The notes beneath the pieces are model-generated. The model was given only the letters and a program-made list of their open reading frames with translations, ran no database searches and had not been told where the DNA came from. This document shows positions 43,803 through 57,379 of a stretch of DNA of 64,000 bases, in pieces (positions within the stretch are counted from its first letter, which is position 1; each line of letters starts with the position of its first letter). Made by a program: the position numbers and the translations under genes. This DNA is from Adineta vaga (lineage: Eukaryota; Animalia; Rotifera). The DNA lies in NCBI GenBank assembly GCA_021613535.1, contig CP075495.1:11036001-11100000 (forward strand), given 5' to 3'.

Positions 43803-44291
43803 CATAAACATTGATATATTTGCATTTCCATTTTGTTTTTTATAATAAAGTTCTATGATAATGTGGACAGATCAAGGTTACTTTTGATTGATTAGAATAC
43901 AATTTTATAGATATCTTATCTGTATCATAACGAAAATTTCCATGTAAAGTTAATCTTCGGAAATTTTTCTATGTAAAAATTTTTTTTTCTCTATTCTATA
44001 TTGATCATTGTTATTCATGTCTGTCGCCAAATCAAGATTCAACATGTGTTCTCAGTATAATATCCTTCCTGGCACGATAAGTGGGCTTTCTCATCTGTAA
44101 TAATATACGGCGTTGATTATCAACACTATCATGTCGACTTCATCATTCATATGCTAGACTCATATGAATAAGAGGAAAAGAACTAACTGACAATAAATAT
44201 AACTGGAAAGATCAACAGCATATATACAGATTGTACTTCGCGAAAAGAAAAAACGACATCAAGATCGATTGGACTGACAAACAGGATAATA

Positions 44292-44899
44292 ATGCAAACG
44301 TTCTCTATTTTTCTATTAATTATAATCTTTGTCATTGATTCAAGTAAGTATCATAAATTAAGTGTTTTTCGCAAGAAAAAAAAACATTTTCAGAAATTTG
44401 TATGTTTTAGTATCATCATTATCTTGTTATAAATGTTTTTCAATCAATGGAAGTAATCCACAATGTGAAGATCTATTTCAAGGTGATATTCCTGGTAAAC
44501 CATCACTTCTTCAAACACCATGTATAACGTCTTTACGTGGACGAAATGGTACTTTTCCTGGAACACATTGTATTAAATTAGTTGCACATTCAAATGGTAA
44601 AATGATCTTTTTTTTTCATGTTTAGAAAGAGAAAAAATGATCGATTTGTTTTTGTAGGACCTAAACCTGTTCAATATACATATCGAACATGTGGAAGAGA
44701 AGAACTTTATGATAATGGAATCAATCGTGTTAGTCATTGTGGTTTTGTTAAACTTGACTGGACTGATGAACATAGACGATTTCGTGGTTGTTTACAAATA
44801 TGTGATAAAGATGCATGTAATCAAACGACTTATTTGATTTATTCAATACGAAATATTATATTTTCCTTGAGTTTTTCTATTATTTATTTATTTTATTAG
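44292..44899 (+). CDS. Ly6/quiver(sleepless)-like three-finger, probably GPI-anchored protein, 3 exons
   Basis: Signal peptide MQTFSIFLLIIIFVIDS, LSCYKCFS...CED, CIKL, RTC, terminal CDKDACN and a hydrophobic C-tail. Confidence 0.8.
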
Positions 44900-45936
44900 A
44901 AATTTTATACGAATAAAATAATTGTGGTGTAAGTTATTATTTATCTATATAAATACTAAACTGATATACAAACAAACAAGAAATAATAATGATGTAAAAT
45001 ATCTTGATTATCAATGTTCTATTTTATAGGTAAGATTGTAATTCATTGTATGATATTTTACTTAAGTTTTATGTAAATGTTTGGCAGTAGATTCACCATT
45101 CCCAAATAGTAGACTTGAAAATTCATTAGAATTAAGAATAACAAACAGACGGTTCTCTAGTTTGATTATCATTGAACATAACAAATCTTTAATTATACTA
45201 TTCTTTATTAAGTTAGTGATTGATTTATTTCATTGTGAGGAGAAATTCAAATGTAACATAACCAATTCATCGTGATAATACTCTTTCTCGTTTATTGACA
45301 TCATTATCGAAAATGCAAGTTTTTACAAGTAAAAGAAACTACATTACTTACATACTGAGAAGCAATTTTTTATCAGCATGCATTTCATAAATTTCAATCG
45401 AACATAGCTTATTTTCTCTCGTTAATAAATAATTGAATCGATATTATTGGTTAATATGTACACGAAATAATCACACCATTATATGAAAGTACTCATAATA
45501 CTTACATTTTCTTCTCGTACGTCACATATAACATCTGTTATTATGTCTTTCGTATTATAGTATATAGAAAAAGAAATCAATCACGATCGGTTATTAAGTG
45601 AATCCCCTTACTAATTTGAATCTTTATTAATTAACAGCTTGAAGATTTTATAATCATCTACTTTGGACGTAAGAAATATGAAATAATAGTTGTGTTTTCT
45701 CTCAATATACATATATTTTGAAAACATTATTCCATCTATAAACAAACTCTTTCATTAACTCGTCATTTTATGCTATAAGAAGTATGAAATCATTTATTAC
45801 TTATTGAAAAATATACATGACTAGTTATACTAAACTAAAAGAATATATTGATTTTTGGTCAGACGATATTTCCATTCCATAGGAATGTAGAAAACTAAAA
45901 ATGTTATGTAAACCATATGATCAACATTTTCGTCGT

Positions 45937-46554
45937 TCAAAATCGTTGCTCAATAATATTATTATTAATTATCTTTCGTGAATCTGGTATCTCAGGACTT
46001 ACGACCAATTTAGCTGTATATTTATAACTTTTATTACGACGATGAATATCACGAATATCTCGTACAAGTTGTCGACTTTTAACTAATGCACCTGGATGAT
46101 CATGTTTTGCTTGTGAATGATAATATTCCAATATTGAACCATTTTTTCGTGGAACTGTATCTCGAAATTCTGGTATTTGATCAATAAGATATTCTACAAA
46201 TGTTCGACAATTATTGAATAGAACATGATAATCTGGATGTTCTTGTACATAAGTTTGTGCTGATCGAATTAATATTTCAAATGCTGTTGTTGATGATGTT
46301 TCACCAATTAATTCAATTTTTGATATTGTAGTTGGTACTTCTTCTAATTCGACAATTTTTAGATTCATACCTTTTTTAATACCTTTTTCACGATCACCGA
46401 CATCAATTTCAATTAAAGTTAACGGATGCTCATCCGAACAAACAATCAAAAATGTATGACGAGCACGGCTATCACCCCATAGAACACGTTCAATCGAATA
46501 TCCCAATGAACCAATACGATCTTCCATTGCACGCCAGGCAAGAAATAAGTGCAT
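45937..46554 (-). CDS. Permuted papain-like (PPPDE/LRAT-type NlpC/P60) protein, intronless
   Basis: His in RHTFLIV precedes the YHVLFNNCRTFVEYL motif, matching the YxLxxNNCxxF nucleophile signature. Confidence 0.65.
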   Translation of the reverse strand: MHLFLAWRAMEDRIGSLGYSIERVLWGDSRARHTFLIVCSDEHPLTLIEIDVGDREKGIKKGMNLKIVELEEVPTTISKIELIGETSSTTAFEILIRSAQTYVQEHPDYHVLFNNCRTFVEYLIDQIPEFRDTVPRKNGSILEYYHSQAKHDHPGALVKSRQLVRDIRDIHRRNKSYKYTAKLVVSPEIPDSRKIINNNIIEQRF

Positions 46555-48612
46555 GCTAATAATCGAACGATGTTATGAGTCAAAACTACAAAAAAACAAG
46601 TGGTACGATGCACATTTTCTTCCCTTTTTATTTTATGTAAGTAAGCGCGTGACTCAAAGTGAATACGTCATGATGTTTTTCAGCCGAATAAATAGGTAGA
46701 AAGGAAGAAAGAAAGAAAGAAAGAAAAAAAAAGTACATAGTGTCGTCATCAAGCATAATCGTGATTTGTACTTCCAACTACCTTTCTGTCAAATAAGTAT
46801 TAGTAAATATTCACCCACAAAAATCTAAGATAAGAATCAAATGTTTATAGCTATAGTTTCTATTTGTATACTATTGGTAAAAGATTAAAAAAGTAACAGT
46901 AAAATATATTTGTTTCGAATAAAAAATATGATGAAATAACACTCATTGAAGTCATTCAAAGAAAAATTACATTGATATATATCTAGATATGAAAAATCAA
47001 TTCGAAGATTTAATATGACTTTCCTTTGAGAAAATGATCTATGATTGACATAAAGCAACAACAATGAGCGACAAGGTAATGAAGCGTAGATAATTATTCG
47101 TAACACCTTGATACTCATCCACGCCCGCAAAGTTGTTTTTATAATTACTTTTTTTAAAGAATATCAAAGTGATCAAGATATTTTCTTTGATCGTATTTTC
47201 TTGATTAAATTACAAAACATACATTTGAACAAAAGATATTCTAACAGAATCCTATTCCGGTTGAAAATGCATTGATAATCACATAGTTTTACATAATAGT
47301 TAAAACTAATCGAATGAAAAAAATTTAGAGATGAAATCAAATATGTTTAAATTGTTGAGAAAGATTATTGAAAATTCAACCAATATCTTAATTATCGATA
47401 TTCAACATTGAATAGATCATTCGTCATGGGAAAATGTCTTGTCTTCGATGTAATCAATTAAATGAACTGTACAATATATTTGATAAGTTGTATACGAAAA
47501 CGAAATCATCGATCAATTAACTGTATTATCATATTATATTCTTCACGATTCACGCCAAACATTGAATATTATCGATTAACTATCCTTGGTTTTATTATGT
47601 GACAAATTTTATCAAGGATATTTTCGACTATACAATATAGAAACCTTGATGAATACTTGTTTGTAACATACTATTAAATCAAATGTTTCGCATAAAAGAA
47701 TAAAATCGAATCAATTCAACAGATTTCAAGTATCAACGAGCGTATTTCAAATTTATCTTATAACTTATATTGAGAATGAAAACAATGAGTTGATTTATTG
47801 GAATAATAATTTACTTTAAGATAGTTATTATATGAAATTGTTATATTCAGTAGAGATCCAAACGTTCAAATTCGCTTTAATCAATTTGAATAAGAAATGG
47901 ATACGATTGATAAAAAATCTTTTTTTTATCGGTTTCTTCATTGATTGGTCTACTTGAACCAATCGTTTTCGTTTTCTTTTCGTATTTATTCTCTCTTTTT
48001 CTTTCTTTCTTTCTTTCTCTTACCAATACAATCAATAACGAAGATGATAATGATGTTGATGCTCGAATGATTTGAGAGAGAAAAAGGTGAGACCGAATGA
48101 TAACACCCGTCAAACGAATGAAACATAAAACAAACTTAATATATATACAAACCTATAGAAAGATTGCATCTATTGAATAGTGTCGTCGGCGATATACAGG
48201 GAAAAATTGCAAATGAGCAATAAGTAGGAGGAGGAAGATGCATGTACACTTCTCTATCATTTAGTTAGGTAAATTGTCTTTTTCTTTATGTTTATTGATG
48301 ATGATGTTTAATACGCGTGAAACTCACATTTCGCACTTTATATACATATGAAAAGGGCCGATCTAGATACAGTTTATTAACTATCGAATAAGACGACATT
48401 TCATTTCAATTTTTTTTCTCTTGATCGTGTCTCATCGTTGTTAACGAAAGAGAGAAAAATATCTATCGTCGATCCGCATCTTTGCTACACAGTAGTAACG
48501 AAGAAGCCGATTTAAGCGAGAGAAAAAGAGGCCGGAAAACGTGAAAAACGAACAAATTATCCGTTGCCGCGTGCCTTAGCGTATCATCGTATATATTTTT
48601 GTATTGCAAGTT

Positions 48613-50401
48613 ATGCTTGCTAATTCGACTACAACACCGACTCCAAATCGTATAACTAATTCAACTTCAACATGGTCTCATCCGCCTCCACCGATGATTT
48701 ACCATTCACATCCTCTCAGTTATGAAGGTAATTTCATAAGAAAGTTTTCTCAAAAAGAAACCGTATAAAATTTAATATTTATATTAAAAAAATGTTTGTT
48801 TTTCGCTTTATTATTAATCTTCATTTCCAAAAAAATGATGGTTAATTAGAACTTTTATTTACTATGAATTTAATCTTTAACAGGACAAGGACGTGTAAAT
48901 CAATTGGGTGGTGTTTTCATCAATGGGCGACCATTGCCCAATCATCTTCGGGTGAAGATCATTGATATGGCTGCACAAGGCATTCGACCTTGTGTTATAA
49001 GTCGACAGGTATGGAAATCATTTTTTCTGATCACATCTCAGATTAATTTTCTCGTTCTTTTAAGCTACGAGTTTCTCATGGATGTGTTTCAAAAATCTTA
49101 GCAAGATATGCGGAAACAGGTTCGATTAAACCCGGTTCAATTGGTGGCTCAAAACCACGTGTTGTAACTGCTGATATCGAACAGAAAATTGATGAATATA
49201 AAAATTCTTATCCACATGGAACAATGTTTGTATGGGAAATCCGTGAAAGATTAGTTCGTGATGGTGTTTGTAAACCAACATCATTGCCAAGTTTAAGTAC
49301 ATTAACACGTATGTTACGTGATGCTGGCGGTAATGTGGATGGAAATCATTTTCTAGATGAACAATCGTCAATGGATATGATGGAACAAAACGAAGATTCA
49401 AAAGATGACAAAAGTAAATTTCAAAAGTTTTTTATGTATATATAGAGAAGAATATTTCTTTAGATAATACTCGTTCTATTATTACAGATAAAACAAATAA
49501 TAATACAACAAAAGGCCGTCGATATCGTACAAGTTTTAGTCAAGATCAAATTGAACAATTAGAGCATGTTTTTCAACGAACTCACTATCCTGATGTACAA
49601 GCAAGAGAAGAATTATCGCGACGAACTGGTCTTAGTGAAGCTCGTGTACAGGTAGATATTAACATAATAATAAATAATATAGAAGAATATATTCGGAAAA
49701 AAATCAATAGGTATGGTTTTCTAATCGACGAGCTCGTTGGCGAAAAATTGCTTCTGTTCATCATCAACATCAACATCAACAACAACAGCAACAGCAACAA
49801 CACCAAGTACAACATATACCATCAGTTGGAAGTCCACTAATGTTTTCTACGGGACCTACAGCAACAAGTAGTGTGAATATTTCAGGACAGACAACAACAT
49901 CATCATCAACTGCAGCAGCAGCAGCAACGTCTCGTCTTCATTTCACACCTTTTTGTTTACCCACAATTGACACTTCATCGACAGCGACTGGTCAACTTTC
50001 ATCATCATCATCATCATCAGTTTTTCATCCATCAAATGAGTGCAGTAGTAGTAATAGCAATTCTAATGTAGCGGCAATTTTATTCAGCAATCAACAACAA
50101 CAGCAGCAGCAGCAGCAGCATCAACAGCAGCAATCTCTTTATGCCCGGTATACTAATGGTTTGTATTCATCGATTATATCAATGATATGAATCGTTTAAA
50201 TTGATTTCTTTTTATTTGTCTATAGATTATGAACAAATCTATCGTTCAACCGGAACATTTCCATATTCATCGACAAATGCAAATAATATGATGATGTCTG
50301 GTCAAATACTTCCACCACCACCACCGCCACCAACAACGTCACATTCATCATCGCCATTCTATACACCAAACATGTTTGATGTTCATAATGTCTATTTGTA
50401 A
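48613..50401 (+). CDS. Pax3/7: Pax3/7 (paired/gooseberry-like) transcription factor, paired domain plus S50 homeodomain
   Basis: [23 protein letters not shown]...[22 protein letters not shown]; homeodomain [57 protein letters not shown]; poly-Q/S/P tail. Confidence 0.93.
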
Positions 50402-51091
50402 ACTTTATTAGGATTCAATTGTCTTTCACTCTCTCTTTCTCTTTCTCTTTCTTTCTTTCGTTTTCGATTAATAGCTAATACATGATTGTAGTTTATATAA
50501 GACTTTCGCTTTGCTTTACTCTGGGTTACGAAAAATACATTCGTTAAACTTAAAAAGAAGTTTATCATAAGAAAAACTGAATATAAATCCTTACTATGAA
50601 TTGTTTACTCTAGTATGATTAGGTTAGTTGTCGTAGGTAGATATTATAAACGACGTATATATATGCTTCTAAGAAAATTATATTATTAGCCTATAAGCCA
50701 GAAGAAAAGAGGCGCAAATTATAATGAAAGTAGTTAAATATTTTTCATTTGCTGTTAATCTATGATAATTTTGACAAGAAGATTAGACTTTAAAAAACCT
50801 ATATTTAATTCATACATATTGTTCTCTATATTAACTAATACAAGACAGAAAGAGCGGATTCCAGAAATCTGCGGAAGTCTACCAGGCTGGAATCTACTGT
50901 TTTTCTCTTAATTGAATAAAGTTTTTTCTAATTATAGTTTTTAATGAAGTAAAGAATTTAAAAATAACTGAATATATCCTAAAGACGATATTATGAGATT
51001 TCTATCAGTTATATTTTCCATCATCATTTAGTTTCTTTTCTCAAGAAGTTTCGTGAGACAACATTTCATTTGCTTCTTCATCGAGTCAATA

Positions 51092-52102
51092 ATGTCAACA
51101 AATGAAACAGATTCCTATCCAAATTATTCAGTATCATATTCAATTAAATTTTCTTTATTGATCGCTTTGGAAATTCCCTCGATACTTACTTCTCTATTAA
51201 TTTTCGTTTATTTCGGAACAAATCGAACTGTACGTTTAACTGACCAAAATCATTCATTATTAGTTCTCCTTGTCATCAATTTGCTCCAAGTTATTACTGA
51301 TCTTCCTATGCCAATTAGTTTCTTTCGTTTGAATGGAAGTGTTCAACCAGCAACTTCGGCTTATTGTACTTGGTGGACATGGTATGAATTTTCTTTGAAT
51401 ACAACGAATGGTTATCTTATGGCATGGATTTCAATTGAACGTTATATATTAATTTTTCATAATAGTTTTATTCGAAACCTAATTTCTTGGAAACGACGAG
51501 CACTTCATATCATACCTCTTATTATCTGTTCATTATGGGGACCTTTATACTATTCTTTAACAATTCTTATAAGTCCAATGTGTACAAATACAAGATATTA
51601 TGATTCACTTCTATGTGGTCTACCATGTTATTTATTTACTAATTGGGGTATATTCGACCTTTTCTGTGATATAATTCTTCCTGTAATGACGATTTTTATA
51701 TTTAATTTCATTCTTTTTACACGAGCTGTCTATCAAAGTATGATAGTAAGAGGTCGTGTTCAAAACAATTGGCAACGTCATCAAAAAATGGCTCTTCAAT
51801 TAGGTTTGATATCTTTTGTTTATCTTGCTATTTGGATTCCATTATCAATTATTCAACTTGGACTCAATTATATTAATTCAAATTTTCTTCTCGATTATCT
51901 GGATACATTCAATTTTCTCGTTTATATTGTACCACTCATTCTACCAATGCTTTGTCTGATGTCAATGCCTGATTTAATCAAAAGAATAAAAACATGTATG
52001 TGTATTCATCAACGTATAATGGTCATGCCTATGAATAATACAACAATTCGACATCCAAATATTAATCATCATTCAAGGACAACTGCAATTGCTAAATTTT
52101 AA
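51092..52102 (+). CDS. Rhodopsin-like orphan GPCR, intronless
   Basis: N-glycosylation sequons, AYCTWW (TM3 Cys), MAWISIERYILIFH, CGLPCY in ECL2, YLAIWIP in TM6. Confidence 0.88.
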   Translation: MSTNETDSYPNYSVSYSIKFSLLIALEIPSILTSLLIFVYFGTNRTVRLTDQNHSLLVLLVINLLQVITDLPMPISFFRLNGSVQPATSAYCTWWTWYEFSLNTTNGYLMAWISIERYILIFHNSFIRNLISWKRRALHIIPLIICSLWGPLYYSLTILISPMCTNTRYYDSLLCGLPCYLFTNWGIFDLFCDIILPVMTIFIFNFILFTRAVYQSMIVRGRVQNNWQRHQKMALQLGLISFVYLAIWIPLSIIQLGLNYINSNFLLDYLDTFNFLVYIVPLILPMLCLMSMPDLIKRIKTCMCIHQRIMVMPMNNTTIRHPNINHHSRTTAIAKF

Positions 52103-52344
52103 TTATATTTATTTACTTTTCTTGATTTCAATATGAAAATAAATTTAAAAAAATGTTTATCATCACACACATTCAACATTTTGTCCTGATGATAGTTTGC
52201 AAAGAAATATAACGGAAATATCAAGCAGTTGATGTTAACCAATGTAAATCATTATTCTAATAAATGAAATCATCATATATAGAAATTCTATCAGAACTGA
52301 GCAACTCAATTCAAAAAAACGTTTTTCAAATCGACTCAACACAA

Positions 52345-55300
52345 TCATGAACTCTAAAAAAAAGAGTTTAATCGATCGTTTTTTGAATTGCATTGCTCAA
52401 CTCAAAATTCTATTGAAGAAACTTACTACTGTTTGTGCATTATTATTATTATTATTAACAGTAGCAGGACCAATAATATTTTGAACACGTTCTCTCAAAT
52501 CATGCAATCTATGAAAGAAAATCGAATCATTTTTGAATAAATTTAAAGCAATCTTCGTCTTACTGTTGTTCCAGGTTTTGTAATGTAACTTGAACTTGAT
52601 CTTTCTTTCCATGTTTCAATGTATATCTCCAATAGTCATCAGCTATTGCACTTTCACGTTGCATGGCATCAGTAACTATCGTTGGTAAACAAAGATTTCA
52701 TATATATATAATTTCTGCTTCCTTTAAAATTATAATGAAGTTTACTTTTAATTTCTTCACGTTTTCCCATTCCATTACTATCAAGAGTATTCAATACTAC
52801 TGTTTCACTGAAAACTATTTCAAGCAAAGAAAAGAAGAATAATTATCTAGAAATATCTTCTTGCATCTACCTTGGTCTTGACGTGGTCGATAACGTGATT
52901 TACCACATGCTCGACATTTCTTAAATATATGTCTGATAACTCGATAGATATAATAGAAAAGATTGAATGGTGGTGGTAATGGAGGTTTATCAGCATATTC
53001 ACAAACAATTAAAAATCGTTGATATCTCCATAGTTGATGAGATTGATTTTCAACATTTTGAATCGTGACACTAATAGGAGAAGAAGAAGAAAAAGAAGAA
53101 AAACTATGATTAATCAAACATTTATCTCATACTTAAATAAAGCCACAAGTACATTGAGTAACAATACATTTGCAATTGCAAGAAATAACATTGCCAAAAC
53201 AAAGGCTATAGTTGAATAAGCATCCGTACCATCTAAATTAAACATGTACTTGAAGAAAAAAGATATTCTAATCTTCTATTGAGACCTACCAATTGGATCA
53301 ACTTGTCCAAAAACTTTCCAAACACCATAATTCATTACATCACGAATTAATTGCCATTTCCATAGACCACTACCACCATTTGTGACAGTAGCATTACTCA
53401 ATGTTCCATCATTATCATAATTCCAAGTCACTTGATCGTTTGTTGTAATCAATGACCATGATGCAATCGAGAATCCAAGTAAAAAGATAAGAATAAAACA
53501 AATAAAGAAGAGAAGATCTCTCATCTAGAAAGAAATCCATTGAATCAATGAAACTTGAAAGAATATCTTTTACCGTATTAAAAATCATCACTAATTTTGG
53601 TCCTAATTTTTCATAAGCAGCAAATAAATGTAATGTTCGAATATACCAAAGTATTAAATCCAAACATAAAAATATTCTAAAGAGAAAATTTTCTATGTGA
53701 AATTTTTTCATCTTACTTCGATACACTAAAGAGTGTTTCGGAAACAATAAATCGTGTAATAAAACCAATAAGATAGAATGCTATAGCAAGCATATCAATC
53801 CAATTCCATACTTCAGCTAAATATTCTCTTTTAGATTTCATAAGAATGACCTAAAAATCGAACAATATCTTTTCTTATCATTCATTCATTATAAATCAAT
53901 ATTTCATGTACCTGACGAAGTTCTTCAATAATTAAACACCATACACAAATATGTAGAATAATTTCGGTAATTGGTATATACAAATCAGCATATCCTGATC
54001 GACGTTCATTATACTTATTTAAAGGAAAATAATCCACAAGTAAAACATAACTGAAGAGAGCAAGAAATGTAACAAAAAATATCTAGTAAATAAATAATAA
54101 AATACAAAATATTATCGAGAAAATATGATCAATGGTTTACCATATAGTAATAAAATCGAACAATAGGTGCGTGATAGAATTTCCAGATTCTGTCTAACTT
54201 GGATAAACAACTATTTCGTTCACGTTTTTCTGGCCTAATAGATTGAACGAATCATGTTGAACGTTCATAAACACGAAGATTTCCTTACTCGATTACATTA
54301 TGAATCATAATTGGTTGATTTGCTTTTGTTCGATCTCGTGCACTTCGAACAACCTGAAGGAAACAAATTATTTCAAGGAATACATTTTCTCTTACTAACC
54401 TTTTTATGTTTTTCTACAAATGGAAGAAAAAAACAAAATAATGGAAGTAAAGGGAAGAATAATGAACAGAGAAAGATCTAAAAGAACAGCAGTCCATTAA
54501 AAATAGGTCATATAATGCAGAAACATTACTCGAAAATTAATCGCTTTTCGTCTATAATTAATGTATCCGAACCTAGAAATGAAATGCGTTAGTTCCAGAA
54601 ACAAAATACGAGAGTAGTTGATTTACCATTCATTATCAAGATATTTTTGAACAGATTTCGATGCTAGAAATGATCTACAATTAGATTTCAATGCTACTTG
54701 TAAAGGTTGAGCATTGTAAAATGCAGGTGCAGATCGTTTTAAAAGATCAACAGCAAAATTTTCGTCATTGTCAAAACATCGATCAATAATTGCTGTTGCA
54801 TAAGTATCGAATTGACTTAACAATGGAAAATGAAAGAAAATTCAAAAGATGATTGAACAGATTATTTTCTTACTTGGCATTTGTTTCATATTGTTCTTTA
54901 GTTTCTGAATCAATGACTATTCGTGCCGCACGTCTATACATTTGTGCAGCGAAAAGTGGAGCAATCGCTGGATTCTACATATATGTATATAAACGAAAAA
55001 CATTCGTGTCTTTTCAACATTACTTTATCAGTGAACTTTTTACCCAAGTTTTTGAACAGAGATAAGTAGCAAGTTCAACACGATCGAGAGCAACTGCCCA
55101 TAAAAATAGATCACGTGGTGCATCTTTTCCTAAAAGTTCGTCAGTTTTGTCTAATGTTTTATTTCTCGCATCCAAATCCCACTAGAAAGAGAAATCATTC
55201 TTCATTTCATTCACTATCGATGTATATTTCTCTTACTATTGATCCAAAGTAGAGTGAATAATATCTATCTCTCTGATTTCCAGTAGATTTGTCATTTAGT

Positions 55301-57379
55301 CTAAGTGGTAATCTATTACCAGTCTAAAATAAATCTCTATTGAATGAAATTTTGTTTGCTTTAAAAGAATTTCAACATACACTTTTCGTGTTATATAAAT
55401 GTTGAAGATCTCCAACAGTTAATTTCTCGAGTGATGTACCAAATTCAATTAATAATTCAACAAAATCAACATGACCACGACGAAGAGCATCGACAAGAGC
55501 TCGACGAAGATCATCTTCCTTTTAATTACTCATTCCATATAATAGTCAAATAAAAAAAAGAAGACATACTTTCCATTTTGAAATAGTCGTGTCTGTCAAA
55601 AGATTCTTTTGTGCATGATCAAATTTATGCCACGCCTAAAGATGAATATTTTAATATAGAAAGAAAAAACATTGACAATTAAATTTGACAGATACCAATG
55701 CTAATTTAAGTTCAGCAACTCTTTGATGTTGTTCATTATGATCACCACAAAATCGTGCAGCTATCAAATAGAATAATGTCATTTGAATAAAAATAACTGT
55801 ACACTAAATAGCATATAATAGTTACCATTGAATAAGGCTTCTAAAATTGCATCTTCAAGATTGCCATTGTGTTGTTTGCTATTAAACTTGAAAATTGTTA
55901 CTAATTGTTTACGTTCATCTAAAACTCGACATAAAACAGTCTTGACTTCATCAATCCATGGATTATCTTTTTGTGCTCTTGTTAAACTAAATTTTTGAAA
56001 AAGAAAACACATAAACTATTGATTTCTTTGTGAATTTATAAATATTTACATTTCATTAACTCTTGCATCACGTGAATCGATCCTTCCACCACTTGTTTTA
56101 GGCCGTGCTGGATATCCACTTCCATTACTATTTTCAGTATCAGTATAGCAAGCATGTAATTCAGCTACAAGATCAGCAGAACGACCAGAATCCTGATTAC
56201 AAAAGAAGAAATTCATATCATCAATACAAGGATTTCCATACTTTAACAACAACAACTGGAGTATTTGATTCTAATGCTTGACAAATTGTTCTAACTGATG
56301 ATGGACCACCTTCAACTAAAACCATAACGATTGGTATGAGGGATTCTGCTGCTCCCTCAGTTACTGTATCTATAGTATTATGTCGAGAACGTGTTTCAAT
56401 TTCGGCTCTTAAAGGTAAAACACTATCAGCATTGGGTTGGCCGTCATCAAATAATAAGAAATGACTATGATTGGCTTCTAAATCACACCGTTTCTTTTGC
56501 TTTTCTTTAACTACATAATTTCGAACACAATATTGGTCACCGACATCCTACAATACACATCAACATCAAATATCATTTGTTTTCTTATTGTCGAGAAGTT
56601 TTTTTTTCAAACAAACCATACGAACAGCATTGACTCCTGTATTCACACTTTGCTTTGTCAATGAACGTGATGATTTTGAACTATTGATATTTGTTAACAT
56701 AGAATTCGTTTTATCATCAAGCTGTTCATTGCCTGCTGTATAACCCCAACTACCAATACCAATACAAGGTATATCAAGTCCATGTTTTTGATTTTTATAA
56801 CGATAATTATTCAATGCTTCACCAACTTCTTTCACAACACCAGCATTCGTTCCAGCTGTAATTAACCATGCATCTATATGATAAGATATATATTTTATTT
56901 ATTTCGATGTTTTCTGTTTGTTTTACTTGTTGTTACAGCTGCAGCAACTAAACCTCGTTGAAAAACTTTTCGAAGTCGTGCTGACATATCACAATTTTTA
57001 GCACCACCAGTTACAGAGATAATTAAATCGGGTATCGTTAAACCCCAACCTTGTAACATAAATTTTACAACTGCATCAGCAGAAGTAGTAAGACTCAATC
57101 GTATATATTGTGATAAACGTGCATTCGAATCCAATTCATTATCATCAAATTTCATATAGCCATATTGCTGAGTTAGTTCAGTTGGACTGATAAAATAAAG
57201 TAAATAATTCTCAAGTTTATTTCGTTTATCAATTTTTAAACTTACGAATCAAATTGTCGAATCTGATTAGTTTCAATAGCCTAAAATGAATAAGAATAGG
57301 ATTAGAGATGAATTTCAATAACTTCATTTTCTATTACTGTTCTGATCTGTCGCATACGTTGACCTATTTCTTTCGCCAT
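52345..57379 (-). CDS. TRPM-family cation channel with a short C-terminus (no NUDT9-H or kinase domain), multi-exon
   Basis: PDLIISVTGGAK, AWLITAGTNAGVVKEVGEAL, LEANHSHFLLFDDG, VEGGP, RDLFLWAV, LGPKLVMI, VFGQ pore, NVLVALFN, TRP box WRYQRF and PPLPPPF. The 5' start is uncertain. Confidence 0.9.

Noticed and set aside
47200-47700. Possible relic of an F-box/LRR-like gene upstream of Pax3/7
   Set aside because: Only a vague compositional resemblance, with no alignable motif.
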